64,000 nt of DNA from the NCBI GenBank assembly GCA_001938485.1, contig MQRK01188858.1, positions 1 through 64,000 on the forward strand, written 5' to 3'. This DNA is from Girardia tigrina (lineage: Eukaryota). The position numbers were made by a program, and so were the translations under genes. How positions within the stretch are numbered: the first letter of the stretch is position 1; the number at the start of each line of letters is the position of its first letter. The notes beneath the pieces were generated by a model that was not told the DNA's origin, did not search any database, and saw nothing but the letters and a program-made list of their open reading frames with translations. Below, piece by piece: positions 63,470 through 64,000 of this stretch.

Positions 63470-64000
63470 GGCTCGGCTGTGCCTAGGAATGGATTTAACC
63501 AATCTGAGATAGTACTCAGGTCAATGAGGTGATATTGGCTCGTTGTCTTTTACTTTCTTCTTGGCCATGACTCAACAGTGCTCACTAGAGTTAAGATCTG
63601 AAGACGAGCCTTGTTATGGATTCAAAAGAGGGATGTTTTAGAACTTTAGCCACTGTTTGACGATTTTTGCTTTATGGCAAGGTACGTAATCTTGTTGGAA
63701 AATGGCTTATTGGTGACGACGTCTCAGTCAAAGGGGCAGCTTGACTTTTAATATCTTCAAGTAAACATTCGAGATGATTGTCGTAACGACACAACCGACA
63801 GTAGTAGTTGTAATATTGAATCATCCTACTTTCATTTGAAAACGTTACTTTATGCCAATCGTCTTTTGTCCAAGTCTGATATTTGCGGCATAATGTGAGT
63901 CGATCACTGTTATTCTTAGTGGATAACAGCGGCTCGCGTGTTGGTCGGTATGATTTAAATTTAAAATCCTTTGATAGTTGATGCTGGAGGGTTCTAATGG
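63470..64000 (-). mobile_element. Tc1 transposase remnant running off the window
   Basis: RLTLCRKYQTWTKDDWHKVTFSNES, IFQQDYVPCHKAKIVKQWL, QGSSSDLNSSEHC*. Confidence 0.85.

Overview
Very AT-rich eukaryotic (probably invertebrate) genomic DNA with six N-gaps. No prokaryotic operon, CRISPR array or intact autonomous transposon is visible. The backbone is one plus-strand multi-exon gene that the ORF track does not assemble. Seven phase-compatible GT-AG exons (1983-2099, 2178-2282, 2329-2467, 4221-4297, 26161-26306, 32059-32201, 54143-54222) splice into an uninterrupted protein with a Par-3/HAL-type N-terminal domain, most likely the 5' part of par-3/bazooka. Its first two introns are tiny (78 and 46 nt). 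The later ones reach about 22 kb and are filled with decayed TEs: mariner DD34D, Tc1, DD41D, pogo, hAT/Buster, Merlin, piggyBac-like MITEs, Helitrons, a DINE-1/HINE-like element with an internal 19-bp satellite, Ty3/gypsy and an RTE LINE. The introns also hold displaced host-type sequence: an SBDS pseudogene, a 28S rRNA fragment, two paralogous decayed multi-C2H2 ORFs and an intact antisense 226-aa orphan ORF. Two apparent capture events stand out: a young 205-bp MITE carrying a BEL/Pao gag (DUF1759-like) fragment, and a pogo element carrying a KEAP1/kelch-like BACK-domain fragment nested inside a gypsy element. All family calls come from manual translation and motif recognition, without database searches.
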